Below are positions 34,175-44,300 of a stretch of 45,255 nucleotides of DNA, one piece after another; position 1 is the first letter of the stretch, and each line of letters begins with the position of its first letter. The stretch covers positions 1 to 45,255 of the forward strand of contig JAFPUX010000366.1 of the NCBI GenBank assembly GCA_017413145.1. Direction: 5' to 3'. Source of the stretch: Kiritimatiellia bacterium (GTDB taxonomy: Bacteria > Verrucomicrobiota > Kiritimatiellia > RFP12 > UBA3636). Under the pieces are notes generated by a model. The model saw nothing but the letters and a program-made list of their open reading frames with translations, did not search any database and was not told the origin of the DNA. A program made the translations under genes and the position numbers.

Positions 34175-36430
34175 ATGAAACTGCGGTCCCTCCTCGCCGC
34201 AACGGCACTCTTGTCTCTTCTCGCGCCCGCCGCGCGGGCGGAGGAAGTCACGCTTCCCGCCGGCTACGTGCCCGTCAACCTCGTCACGAACGTCGGCGGC
34301 TCCGCCTCCAGCGACACGAAATGCCTGAACAGCGACAGCGGGTATGGCGTCGCGAAAGCGTTCGACAAGAAATATTACTCCGACAACACGCGCTGGATCG
34401 GACATGGTTCGACGTTTCCGCAACGCGCCGTCTGGACCTTCCCGGAGGCGACTGTCGTGGACGCGGTTCGCATCTACAACGCGAATTACCGCGGTGCCAA
34501 CCAGTCCCCGTCCGATTTCACGATCGCCGGGTCGAACGACGGGACGACTTGGACGACGCTCGATTCGGAATCCGGCGTGACCGGATGGAGCGCCAACCAG
34601 TTCCGGACCTTCGGGTTCGAGAACGAAACGCCCTACTTGAACTACCGTCTGGAAGTGACCGCAGTCCAGGACATGACGGGGTCCGACGGCAAGCGCATGA
34701 CGATCACGGAAATCGAACTCTATCGCGTCCACCAGGCGTCTTTCGAAGTCGCTCCATCCGGTTCGCCGACGGTCGGACTCGACACGTTTTCCACGGACTG
34801 GAACCTGACCGTGGAAGAAGGCGCGACGGCCGCCGCCGGAATCGTCTGGAGCACCGACGGAACGTTTGCGACCGCGGCGACGAATTCGCTCGGAACCAGT
34901 CTCGCGGCCGGCACGCACACGGCGTCCCTTTCCGGGCTTGAGCCGGACGCGACGTACTGGTGGAAGATCTACGCCGTCCGGGGAAACGAAACCAAAGAGA
35001 CGATCGCGTATTCTTTCAAGACGATTGGCGCGCCGGTGTTTGGCAATGCGACCACGACCGTGAACGGCGAGTCCGCCACGTTCACCGTTTCCATCGCGGA
35101 GGCGGCGCTGACCAACACGCTTTCCACTTCCGTTTCCGTGTTCTACGGGGCGGACGGCGAAACCTGGACCGAACTTCCGCTCGGCGCGTCCGCGACGGCG
35201 GCCACGCTGACCGGATCCGCCGGAAACCTCGGCTACGGCGTGACGTATCGGTGGTTTGCGCGGGCGTCGGCGACCATGGCGAACTCCCGCGTCCTTTCCG
35301 TGGACACGGCCACAAACTCCTTCACGACGCTTTGGGGCGGCGACATGTATGTCGACGCCGCGGCCGCGAACGCGACTGCACCCTACTCGACTCCCGAGAC
35401 GGCCGCGAAGACCATCGCCGCCGCGCTCTCGCTCGCCATGGACGGCGCGAGGATTTTTGTCGCGCCAGGCCGATACAACATTTCCACGCCGCTCTCCTTG
35501 ACGAAGGCCGTCGAACTGGTCGGCGACGACGACGATCCGTCCCTCGTCGTCGTGGCGAACACCGCCGGCGTCTCATGGGGAAACACGAACCATAGGTGCA
35601 TTCTGGTGAACCATGCGAACGCCCGGGTTTCCGGTATGACGTTCGAGAACGGAAAGGACTACGGCAACGGTGGAAACGTCCGGATCGACACGAACGGCGG
35701 CATGGTCACCAATTGCATCCTCTCCGGCGGATTCACGCGGGAAGGCAACGATTCCGCCGGCGCGAACGTGGCGATCACGGGCCCCGGACTCGTGACGCAT
35801 TGCCGGATTTTCGGCGGCAGCCAGAACAACTGCAGCGGCTGTGATCGCGCGTCCTCGGTCTATCTCGAGCACGCGGATGCCCGAATCGAGAACTGCCTCG
35901 TCAGCGGATTCCAGGGGGCGACGGTTTCCACCCAGCCCACCGTGGGCTGCGCCGGAATCCTCGTCAACAAGGGGGCCGCCGTCAACTGCACCGTCGCGGA
36001 CTGCACGTCCCCCTACACGACGGACATCGGCTTCGCAGGCATCCAGCTGTGGGCGAACGGCATCGCAATAAACTGCGTATCCGTTGACAATGTCGACAGC
36101 AACGGCACAGTCCGGGCGTTCGCGCCTTCGCAGGTCTCCCGCACGTCGCACTGCGCGTTCGACGCGATCGCCGGCGAGGCGGTCGTTCCGGAGGGCATGG
36201 TGGGCGGCGTCGTCGGCACGCCAGAGTCGTTCTTCCGGAACTACGCCTCGTCCGACATCCGCCTGAAATACCAGCCGAAGACCGGCGGCCCGCTCTACGA
36301 CGCGGGCGCGGACTACGAACCGATGGCGCTCTACGATCTCTCGGGCGAGCAGAAGCGCAAGGTCGGAGCGCACGTCGACATCGGCTGCTACGAAGGCAAC
36401 GCCTCGGGATTCGTCCTTCTCGTGAAATAA
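34175..36430 (+). CDS. Secreted discoidin (F5/8 type C)-like + Fn3/SVFYG modules + right-handed beta-helix protein with choice-of-anchor-Q-like end
   Basis: Signal peptide MKLRSLLAATALLSLLAPAARA. Discoidin-like jelly roll: ...AVWTFPEATVVDAVRIYNANY...ITEIELYR. SVFYG module: SVSVFYGADGETWTELPLG. PbH1-like repeats: MVTNCILSGG, IENCLVSGF, AVNCTVADC. C-terminus: HVDIGCYEGNASGFVLLVK. Confidence 0.85.
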   Translation: MKLRSLLAATALLSLLAPAARAEEVTLPAGYVPVNLVTNVGGSASSDTKCLNSDSGYGVAKAFDKKYYSDNTRWIGHGSTFPQRAVWTFPEATVVDAVRIYNANYRGANQSPSDFTIAGSNDGTTWTTLDSESGVTGWSANQFRTFGFENETPYLNYRLEVTAVQDMTGSDGKRMTITEIELYRVHQASFEVAPSGSPTVGLDTFSTDWNLTVEEGATAAAGIVWSTDGTFATAATNSLGTSLAAGTHTASLSGLEPDATYWWKIYAVRGNETKETIAYSFKTIGAPVFGNATTTVNGESATFTVSIAEAALTNTLSTSVSVFYGADGETWTELPLGASATAATLTGSAGNLGYGVTYRWFARASATMANSRVLSVDTATNSFTTLWGGDMYVDAAAANATAPYSTPETAAKTIAAALSLAMDGARIFVAPGRYNISTPLSLTKAVELVGDDDDPSLVVVANTAGVSWGNTNHRCILVNHANARVSGMTFENGKDYGNGGNVRIDTNGGMVTNCILSGGFTREGNDSAGANVAITGPGLVTHCRIFGGSQNNCSGCDRASSVYLEHADARIENCLVSGFQGATVSTQPTVGCAGILVNKGAAVNCTVADCTSPYTTDIGFAGIQLWANGIAINCVSVDNVDSNGTVRAFAPSQVSRTSHCAFDAIAGEAVVPEGMVGGVVGTPESFFRNYASSDIRLKYQPKTGGPLYDAGADYEPMALYDLSGEQKRKVGAHVDIGCYEGNASGFVLLVK

Positions 36431-36442
36431 ACCCGATCGACC

Positions 36443-37618
36443 ATGAAACGTTTCCTTCTCCTCGCCGCCGCTTGCCTCACGCCGGCGGCCGCGACCGCCG
36501 AACTTCCCGCCTGGCGCGACGCCCAGGGCGCCGCCCGCGGGACCTACACGGTTGCCGTCCTCGGCGACACGCACTTCGACGCGGCGCCCGAGTCGGTCTA
36601 CCACTCGCACTACGACGAGTCCAACCGCTACGCGAAGGTCCAGCACGAGGAGTTCCGCCGCAACGGCGAGATGTGGGCCCCCGGCGGGCGCTGCCGCTCC
36701 CTCGTGGCCGCCGGCGCGAAGCTCGCCGCCGAAGACCCCGCCACGCGCTTCGTCCTGCAGCTCGGCGACCTCGTGCAGGGCGACTGCTACGACGACGGCG
36801 ACCATCGCCGGATGCTCGACGACGGCCTCGCCGCCGTCCGCGGCCCCTTCCCCGCGGGGATGCCGTTCCTCGCGGTCCTCGGCAACCACGACTACCGCGG
36901 TCACGCCGGCGCGCGCGGCGTCTGCCTCAATTGGTTCAACGAACTCCTCTCGCGCGAGATCGGCGCACCGGCCGCCTTTCCGCTCCTCTCCTTCCGCGTG
37001 GACGACGACCGCTGGATCCTCTGCGACTTCGAGACGGTGGACCTCCTCGCCCTTGCGCGCGAGGTCGAGTCCGACCCGGACGCGCGCTACGTGTTCCTCG
37101 TCACGCACGGCCCCCTCACCGCGCCGGACGCCGCGAGCTGGCGCTGGAGCCTGAGCGGCTGGCCGAACAAGGGCGGCTGCGGGCACGGCGTCCAGGAGCT
37201 CTTCGAGGCGGTCTCCCGCCGCCGCGCCGTCGTGCTCTCCGGCCACATGCACTGGACGGCGTTCTGCCGCAACGAGAACCCGCTCGGCGGCTACGTCGAG
37301 CTCACCGTCAACTCCGTCTGGAAGTCCGACGAGATCGCCACCGCCGATCCGGTCAACGACACCCCCGCGCAGTACGGCCTCCGCCGCCGCGACAAGGTGA
37401 ATTCGTGGGACCTCAAGGACTACGACGCCGCGATCGCCCGCTACAAGGCGGGCCTCGTGGAGTACTTCCTCGGTCTCGGCGCGGGCCACTACCGGCTCGA
37501 AATCTCCGACGACAAGGTTCTCGCGCGCTTCTATCCCGGCGCCGCGACCGAGCCCGCCCGCACGTTCGACCTCACGCCCGGCAAGCACGTCCCCGCCGGC
37601 GGGGACGAGGCGGAATGA
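36443..37618 (+). CDS. Secreted calcineurin-like metallophosphoesterase
   Basis: Signal peptide MKRFLLLAAACLTPAAATA. Motif series: GDTH, GDLVQGD, GNHD, VTHGP, SGHMH. It starts 12 nt after the upstream stop. Confidence 0.85.
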   Translation: MKRFLLLAAACLTPAAATAELPAWRDAQGAARGTYTVAVLGDTHFDAAPESVYHSHYDESNRYAKVQHEEFRRNGEMWAPGGRCRSLVAAGAKLAAEDPATRFVLQLGDLVQGDCYDDGDHRRMLDDGLAAVRGPFPAGMPFLAVLGNHDYRGHAGARGVCLNWFNELLSREIGAPAAFPLLSFRVDDDRWILCDFETVDLLALAREVESDPDARYVFLVTHGPLTAPDAASWRWSLSGWPNKGGCGHGVQELFEAVSRRRAVVLSGHMHWTAFCRNENPLGGYVELTVNSVWKSDEIATADPVNDTPAQYGLRRRDKVNSWDLKDYDAAIARYKAGLVEYFLGLGAGHYRLEISDDKVLARFYPGAATEPARTFDLTPGKHVPAGGDEAE

Positions 37619-37624
37619 GCCGCG

Positions 37625-38497
37625 TCACGGCACGTAGAGCCGCAGGAAGTCGTCGCGCATGCGCTTGATCCGGTCGCGGTGCGCGGGGTCGGAGAGGTCG
37701 AAGCAGTTGTCGCCGTGCGCGGCGTCCTTGCAGACTTCCATCGAGATCGGTCCGTCGAAGCCGCGGCGGTCCATCGCGCGGCGCAGCGCGCGGAAGTCGA
37801 CCGTGCCCTCGCCGGGGGCGAGGTGCTCGTCGGACGCGCCGTGGTTGTCCGTGATGTGCAGCTCCCAGATGCGGACCGGGATGCGGTCGAGGTACTCTTC
37901 GAAGGACATGCCGTCGGTCCGGTCGACGTTGACGTGGACGAACGCGTGGCCGACGTCGAGAATCGAGCCGAGGTGCGGCGCCGGGCCGCGGACCGAGTCC
38001 TTGAGCCCCTGCATTTCCTCGTGGAAGCAGTAGCGGTGGAAGCAGTTCTCGATGCCGTAGCCGATCCCGAGCGGTTCGAAGAAGTCGGACTCGAACTGCG
38101 CGAGGCGGCGCGTTTCGTCTTCGAGGTAGCGGCGGTTGGGTCCCTCCGCGGTCGGACCGGCGACGCGGTCCGAGCAGCAGGACACGACGCCGCCCGCGTG
38201 CTCGTGCCACCAGCGGACGTCCTCGAACATGGCGCGCACCTTCGCGTCGTCGAAGCGCTGGTCCGGACCGACCCACCACTGCACGCAGCCGTGGTAGGTG
38301 ATCGAGAATCCGAGTTCTCGGATCGCGGCGGCCGCCTCCTCGCGCTCGCTTCCTTGTACGCCCATCACGTCCTGGAGGAACGCCACGGAGCGGTAGCCCG
38401 CCTCCGCCAGGAACGCAATCGCGTCGGGCAGGCGCTTGCCGCGCAGCAGCCACGTGCAGAAGCCCATCCTCGGGCCGTCGTCCGTTTCGTTTTCCAT
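37625..38497 (-). CDS. Sugar-phosphate isomerase/epimerase-like TIM barrel, copy 2
   Basis: The start MENETDDGPRMGFC is at 38497. The rest of track ORF 37625..41560 upstream of this Met is an antisense artefact. It has the same motifs as copy 1. Its stop is only 6 nt from the convergent stop at 37618. Confidence 0.85.
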   Translation of the reverse strand: MENETDDGPRMGFCTWLLRGKRLPDAIAFLAEAGYRSVAFLQDVMGVQGSEREEAAAAIRELGFSITYHGCVQWWVGPDQRFDDAKVRAMFEDVRWWHEHAGGVVSCCSDRVAGPTAEGPNRRYLEDETRRLAQFESDFFEPLGIGYGIENCFHRYCFHEEMQGLKDSVRGPAPHLGSILDVGHAFVHVNVDRTDGMSFEEYLDRIPVRIWELHITDNHGASDEHLAPGEGTVDFRALRRAMDRRGFDGPISMEVCKDAAHGDNCFDLSDPAHRDRIKRMRDDFLRLYVP

Positions 38498-38558
38498 GGC
38501 GCCGGATTCTAGCAGAACGCCCCGCGCGGGACAATCGGTTCCGCGCCACGCGATGCGT

Positions 38559-38587
38559 TTGACGCGCCCCGGGCGGTCTGGTAGGAT
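38559..38587 (+). promoter_or_regulatory. Promoter of the small ORF-CapA-M14 operon (same -35/-10 type as the leaders)
   Basis: TTGACG (38559-38564), a 17-nt spacer, then TGG-TAGGAT (-10 at 38582-38587). ATG at 38631. Confidence 0.45.
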
Positions 38588-38630
38588 CATACGAACCGGA
38601 AGCGTGTGGCTCCCGCCGAAGAAACACGCC

Positions 38631-38825
38631 ATGAAAAACGGATTCGCGATCCTCCTCCTCTTTTCGTTCTGCTTCGCCGCGTCCGCCGCGGAAACCGGGC
38701 TCCGCACGCTCGGCAAGCCCGTCCCCGCCCGTCTCGTGCGGCACGACGGCGCGCCCTTCGCCCTCGTCGACGCCGTCCCCGACCGCGGCGAAATCGTGCT
38801 GGTTCCCGGAGACTCGGCGAAATGA
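38631..38825 (+). CDS. Small secreted hypothetical protein (64 aa)
   Basis: Signal peptide MKNGFAILLLFSFCFAASAAE. G/C-ending codons throughout. The stop overlaps the CapA start (ATGA). No recognisable domain. Confidence 0.55.
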   Translation: MKNGFAILLLFSFCFAASAAETGLRTLGKPVPARLVRHDGAPFALVDAVPDRGEIVLVPGDSAK

Positions 38826-40057
38826 CCCGTGCCGTCCTTCCGCGTCGCGCGCGCACAACGTTTCTCGGCGACGCGCTCTGCGATCCGCCCATGCTCGCCG
38901 GTCACGGCGACCATGACTTCCGTCCCGTCTTCGCGCCGCTGCGCGACCTGCTCTCGCAGTCGGATCTCGTCGTCGCGAACCTCGAGACGCCGCTCTCGCC
39001 GGACGGCCGCGACCTCACGCACGAGAAGTGGCGCTTCAACTCGCCGCGCTCGTACGCCGAAGCGCTCCGGTGGGCGGGCGTCGGCTTCGTCACGACGGCC
39101 AACAACCACTGCCTCGACCGCGGCACGGCCGGCATCGCCGCGACGGTCCGCGTCCTCGACGAAACCGGCCTCCCGCACGTCGGGACCTTCGCGGATCCCG
39201 CCGCGGCGGAGCGGCCCGCGATCGCGGACGCCGGCGGCTTCCGGATCGGCATCCTCTCGTACACCTACGGCACGAACGCCTTCTCGAACCGCGAATACCT
39301 CCGCCCGGAGGACGCGTGGATGGTGGACCTCCTCCAGGAGCAGGAGCTCTCCGAACCGCTCGCGCGGGCGTGGTTCGAGAACCCGGATTCGACGGACGGC
39401 CGCGCCTACGCGGCGATGGAGCGCGGCCGCTGGCCGGAGAACCTGTCGCTCCCGCCCTACGAGCGGATCGAGCCGTTCGAAGCGCGCCGCGCGCGGCTCG
39501 TGGCCGACGCCGCCCGCGTCCGCGCGGCCGGTCCGGACTTCGTCGCGCTCGGGATGCACGCGGGCGGGCAGTACAATCCGGAGGCGACCGCGCGGACGAA
39601 GGAGACGGCCGCTTTCGCGCTCGCGCATGGCGTCGACTTCGTCGCCGGCAACCACGAGCACGTCGTCCACGGCGGCGATTTCTCGCGCCTCCGCGAAGGG
39701 AAGCTCGCGACGTACTGCCTCGGCGACCTCGCGAGCGCCACCGGGCTCTGGGTCGGGATTCCCGACCGCGAAACGCCGCCCCTCGCGGTCTTCACGGTCG
39801 CCTGGCACGTCGACCTCGAACGCGCGCCGGACGGCGCCGCCCGCGTGGCGGGGTCCTCCTTCTCCGTCCTCGTGCGCCGCAAGGGCTCCGCCCCCGGACG
39901 CATCGCCGTCCACCCCGCCGCGCAGCTCTGGCGCTCCCTTCCCGCCGGCGCGGAGAAGGACGGGCTGGCGGCCGGCATCCGCGCCGCCGCCGCGGCCTTC
40001 GCCGGCCGCCCGGTCGATTCCGTCGACGACGAATACGAATTGAAAGAACTGCCATGA
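38822..40057 (+). CDS. CapA-family (PGA_cap) protein, copy 2
   Basis: Motifs: FLGDA, ANNHCLDRGTAG, GNHEHVVHGG. It is collinear with 11961..13184. ATGA overlaps occur at both ends. Confidence 0.8.
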   Translation: MTRAVLPRRARTTFLGDALCDPPMLAGHGDHDFRPVFAPLRDLLSQSDLVVANLETPLSPDGRDLTHEKWRFNSPRSYAEALRWAGVGFVTTANNHCLDRGTAGIAATVRVLDETGLPHVGTFADPAAAERPAIADAGGFRIGILSYTYGTNAFSNREYLRPEDAWMVDLLQEQELSEPLARAWFENPDSTDGRAYAAMERGRWPENLSLPPYERIEPFEARRARLVADAARVRAAGPDFVALGMHAGGQYNPEATARTKETAAFALAHGVDFVAGNHEHVVHGGDFSRLREGKLATYCLGDLASATGLWVGIPDRETPPLAVFTVAWHVDLERAPDGAARVAGSSFSVLVRRKGSAPGRIAVHPAAQLWRSLPAGAEKDGLAAGIRAAAAAFAGRPVDSVDDEYELKELP

Positions 40058-41199
40058 ACGACGACATTCCCGCACCCCGCATCTCCGCCGGTTTCCCCGG
40101 CGGCAACGTCCGCGTCCTCGGCATCGAGGGCGGCACCGTCCGCCTCGCGCCCGACCTGCGCGACACGCTCCAATTCTGGTTCTTCTGGCGCTTCCGCGCG
40201 GCTTTCCCCGCCGAGGGGACGTGGCGCTTCGAGTTCCCCGACGGCAACTGCGTCGGAACGCGCGGCCCCGCCGTCCGCCGCGAGGGCGAAACGGAGTGGC
40301 GTTGGCTCTCGGGCGACGCGCTCCACGAGTCCGACCGCGTTTTCGAGTGGACGTCCGCCGGGCCGGAGACGGTCGAGTTCTGCCAGTGCGTGCCGTACCA
40401 GGGCGCCGACTTCGACGCGTTCGCCGCGACGTTCGCGGACGACCCGTGCGTGTCCGTCTCCGAGCTTTGCCGCTCGCGCGCCGGGCGGTCCGTCCCGCTG
40501 CTGCGCCTGCGCGAGGGCGACCCCGCGGAGGCCGTTCTCTTCTCGTGCCGCCACCACGCGCAGGAGTCGATGGCGTCGTTCGCGATGGAGGGTCTTCTCC
40601 GCGCGCTGGCGTCGGACGAGCCGTGGGCCGCGGCGTTCCGGCGCTCGTTCGAGGTTCTCGCGGTGCCGTTCGTCGACCGCGACGGCGTCGAGGACGGCAC
40701 GCAGGGCAAGTTCCGGATCCCTCACGACCACAACCGCGACTACGGCGCGGCGGGCGGCCACCTCTATCCCGAGACCGCGGCGCTCGAGCGGCTCCTCGAC
40801 GAGCGGCGCCCCGTCGCCGTGCTCGACCTGCACTGCCCGTGGATCCGCGGCGGGGAGACGAACGAGAACGCCTATCTCGTCGGAATCCCGGCGGAGCGCC
40901 TCTGGCCCGCGCAGGCCGCCTTCGGCGCGCTGCTCGAGAAGCACTGCCCGCCCGAGGCGCCCTACTTCGCCGCGGACACGCTCCTCTTCGGCACGCATTG
41001 GAACCTGCCGACCGACTTCTCGAACGGCTTCGGCACGGGCTTCTCGCGCTGGGCGGCGGGCAAACCATGGCCGCGCCTCGCGCAGGGCATGGAAATCCCC
41101 TTCGCGAACTTCCGCGAGAAGACCCAGACCCCGGACACGGTCCGCGCCTTCGGCCGCGGCATAGCCGCGGCGCTCGCCGAGTTCCTCTCCGCCCGGTGA
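40054..41199 (+). CDS. M14-family zinc carboxypeptidase-like protein (cytoplasmic)
   Basis: HxxE zinc motif in CRHHAQESMAS and a later His in LDLHCPW. Length ~380 aa. No signal peptide. ATGA overlap with the CapA stop. Confidence 0.65.
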   Translation: MNDDIPAPRISAGFPGGNVRVLGIEGGTVRLAPDLRDTLQFWFFWRFRAAFPAEGTWRFEFPDGNCVGTRGPAVRREGETEWRWLSGDALHESDRVFEWTSAGPETVEFCQCVPYQGADFDAFAATFADDPCVSVSELCRSRAGRSVPLLRLREGDPAEAVLFSCRHHAQESMASFAMEGLLRALASDEPWAAAFRRSFEVLAVPFVDRDGVEDGTQGKFRIPHDHNRDYGAAGGHLYPETAALERLLDERRPVAVLDLHCPWIRGGETNENAYLVGIPAERLWPAQAAFGALLEKHCPPEAPYFAADTLLFGTHWNLPTDFSNGFGTGFSRWAAGKPWPRLAQGMEIPFANFREKTQTPDTVRAFGRGIAAALAEFLSAR

Positions 41200-41200
41200 T

Positions 41201-41236
41201 CCCCCGTCCGTCGTTTTCGCTTGCGCCGGACGGGGG
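41201..41236 (+). terminator. 10-bp perfect hairpin after the M14 gene, with the -35 of leader B2 in its loop
   Basis: CCCCCGTCCG (41201-41210) pairs with CGGACGGGGG (41227-41236). The loop TCGTTTTCGCTTGCGC contains TTGCGC. There is no U-tract. The left arm is absent from the paralogous leader B1. Confidence 0.3.
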
Positions 41237-41321
41237 AATTGGGATAGAATCGTACGGCGTCGGGAGACTTTCGTTTCCCAAGAAGTCACACGATTGACTT
41301 GACACAAACGGAGAACAGCCC
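41221..41321 (+). promoter_or_regulatory. Conserved promoter + leader, type B copy 2
   Basis: TTGCGC at 41221-41226, an 18-nt spacer, TAGAAT at 41245-41250. Hairpin GGGAGAC-TTTC-GTTTCCC at 41262-41279. Box AAGTCACACGATTG at 41283-41296. ATGAAACATCCGCT at 41322. Confidence 0.55.
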
Positions 41322-44300
41322 ATGAAACATCCGCTCCACCGTTCCTTCCTCGCCGCCGCGCTCTGCGCCGCGGCGCTGCTCGCGCCGCCGGCCGCCGCCG
41401 CCGTCCACGAGGACGACTGGCTCAAGGTCGAGACGCCCGACAAGATGACGCCCGGCTCCGGCTTCCAGGTCAAGGTCACGCTCAAGAAGGACCTCGGGCC
41501 GGACGAAAACGTCTCCGTCGCGATGCACCGCTTCAAGCCCGACGGCGGCTGGCGGGACACGGGCGAGTGGCGCCCGCCGCAGTCGATGAAGAAGGGCGAG
41601 ACGAAGACCTATTCCTTCTCGGCGAAGTACGCGGAGGACGTCGGCTCTTTCGGCCCGCTCGTCTTCACCGCGCCGAAGGGCGACTGGAACAAGGCCACGC
41701 ACAAGCTCTTCTGCGGCAAGATCGTCTGGGCGATGTCGCCCGAGGAAGCCGCGCAGAAGAAGAAGGCGGCGGACGCCGCCGCCGAGCGCAAGAAGCCGCC
41801 GGAGGGCATCACCTACAAGAAGAGCTGGATCCAGCCGCGCGGCTGCTTCAAGCCCGGGACGGACGAGCCCATGGCGGAGGTGCACGAGGGCGAATCCTTC
41901 GAGATCGTCGCGGACTACTACCTCGATCCGTCCGAGTACTGGAACGACAAGTGCAACATCGTCGTCTTCGGCTGCGGCCCGTGGATCGACAACCCGGACG
42001 GCGTCCACGAGAAGAGCTCGCACCACGTCGGCTACCCCGGCCTCGGCTGGGGCTTCCGCGAGGTGAAGCCCGGCAAGGGCACGATCCGCGTCAAGCAGAC
42101 GCCCAAGAAGCTCTTCCGCTACAACTCGCTCTTCTTCCACGTCCGCTTCCGCGGCGGCGACGACAAGGACTTCCCCTGGACGAAGACCTGCGGCGCGCCG
42201 CGGCTCGTGCGCCCCGTGATCGGCCTCGACCTGGTCGCCAGGACCGCGGGCGGCCTCTTCGTCGCGGGCCGCGAGAAGCCCGTGCTCGACCTGATTGCCG
42301 CGTCCGACGCGAAGGCCGGCGCCCCGGTCTCGATCAAGGTCGTCGCGCTCGACTCGAACGAGAAGCTCGAGGAGGTCGGGACCGCGTCCGCCAAGATGCC
42401 CGCCCCCGGCGAGACGGCGAAGGTGGACCTCTCGGGCGTCGTCGGCAAGCGCCTCGGCTGCTTCCTCGCCGAGGGCCGCTGCGGCGACAAGAAGGTGGAC
42501 GCGTTCTTCGCCGTGATCCCCGACGTCGACAAGGCGCTCGGCGGCAAGCGCGCGCCCTTCGGCGCGACCGACCTGCACACGGAGCTGGAGTGCGAGACGG
42601 CCGCCAAGCTCGGCTTCTCCGTGAACCGCATGTTCACCGGCTGGGGCGGGCTCGTCCCGCAACGCGGCGAGTACCACTTCGACGGCCTCTCCGCCTCGAT
42701 GGACCGCCAGCTCAAGCACGGCATCAAGCCCTGGCTCATGCTCATCGGCGCACCCGAGTGGGTGCTGCCGCCGCACGTGCACTCGCCCGGCTTCGAGCCG
42801 TACCCCTTCGACGAGGAGGGCTGGCGCGAGAGCATCCGCGCGATCGCGAAGAAATTCGGCCCGCGCGTCTACGGCATCGAGTGGCTCAACGAGATCGTCC
42901 CCGGCACCAAGAGCTCCGACCCCGTGTCCGACTACAAGCGCTTCTGCCGGATCGGCGCCGAGGAGCTCCGCAAGGTGAACCCGAAGGCCAAGTCCATGCT
43001 CGCGGGCGGCCTGTGGCCGCGCAACTTCCGCCTCGACATGCTCGGCTCCGGCGTCGGCAAGTGGATCGACGTCCTCCCGATCCACTACGGCGAGTACGAG
43101 AGCGCGGCCGAGGCGATCGCGGACGCCGCCGCGGGCGGCGTCGCCTCCGTCTGGAACGACGAGAGCGCCGCCGGCATCTCCGTCTGGGGCATGGACGGCC
43201 GCGAGGCGCTCGAGCGCAGCTCGCTGCAGTCGCGCTACGTGATGCGCGCGTGGCCCGCCCAGCTCGTCGCGGGCGTGGACGGCATCATCTACTTCGGCGG
43301 CGAGGCGAATCCCGCCGGCAACTGGAAGTACCTTCTCGACGACTACACGCCGCGGCCCGTCGCCGCTACGCTCGCCGTCCTCTCCGCCAAGCTCGGCAAC
43401 GCCCGCCCCGTCGGCGGCTACTACGCCGAGCCCGGCGCGCGCGTCTTCGTCTTCGAGCGCAAGGACGGAACCGCCCTCGCGGTGGTCGAATCCGCGAGCG
43501 GCGATCCCGCCAAGCCGCCCGTCGACGTGAAGATCCCCGCCACGCCCGGCACCACGGTCGTGCGTACCGACAACCAGGGCAACGCGACGGAAATCTCCGT
43601 CGGCGGCGGCAACGCGATCTCCGTCTCCGCCGGCGCGATGCCGGCGTTCTACGAGGGGCTTCCGCTCGGCCCGCTCGCCGTGCGCTGCGCGCTGACGGTC
43701 GAAGGACAGGGCCCGCTCTCGCCCAAGCCGAGCGTCGGCTTCGTCAAGGGCGCCGACCCGCAGCTGCGCGCCTCGGTCCGCAACCCGCTTCGCACGCCCG
43801 TCGAAGGCGCGCTCAACGTCGCGATCGCCGGCAAGCCCGCCGTCCGCAAGCCGTTCAAGCTCGCCGCCGGCGAAAGCGCGCACTACGTCCTGGACATCCC
43901 GCCGGAGTCGCTCCCCGACGGCGCCGCCGAGGCCGTCGCCGCGGTCGCCTGGAAGGCGCCCAAGGCCGAGAAGGCCGACAAGGCCGCGCGGTCGATCGCG
44001 GTGGACAACGTCGACCCCGCCACGCTCGGCAACCTGATCGCCAACGGCGGCTTCGAGGACGGCAAGAACGGCTGGCACGGCAACGGCAAGGCCGTCGCGC
44101 TGCCCGGCGGGCGTCCCGGCGAGGAGGGCCACGCGCTCTCCCTCGACCATTCCGCCGGCTACGTCCAGTGCCTGCAGAAGGTCCCCCACCCGGCGCCCGG
44201 CCGCGAGCTGCTCTACACCGCGTGGATGCGGACCGAGAACATGTACGCCGGATCCAACGTCTCGCTCTACCGCAAGGAGGGCGGCACGCACGACCTCTAC

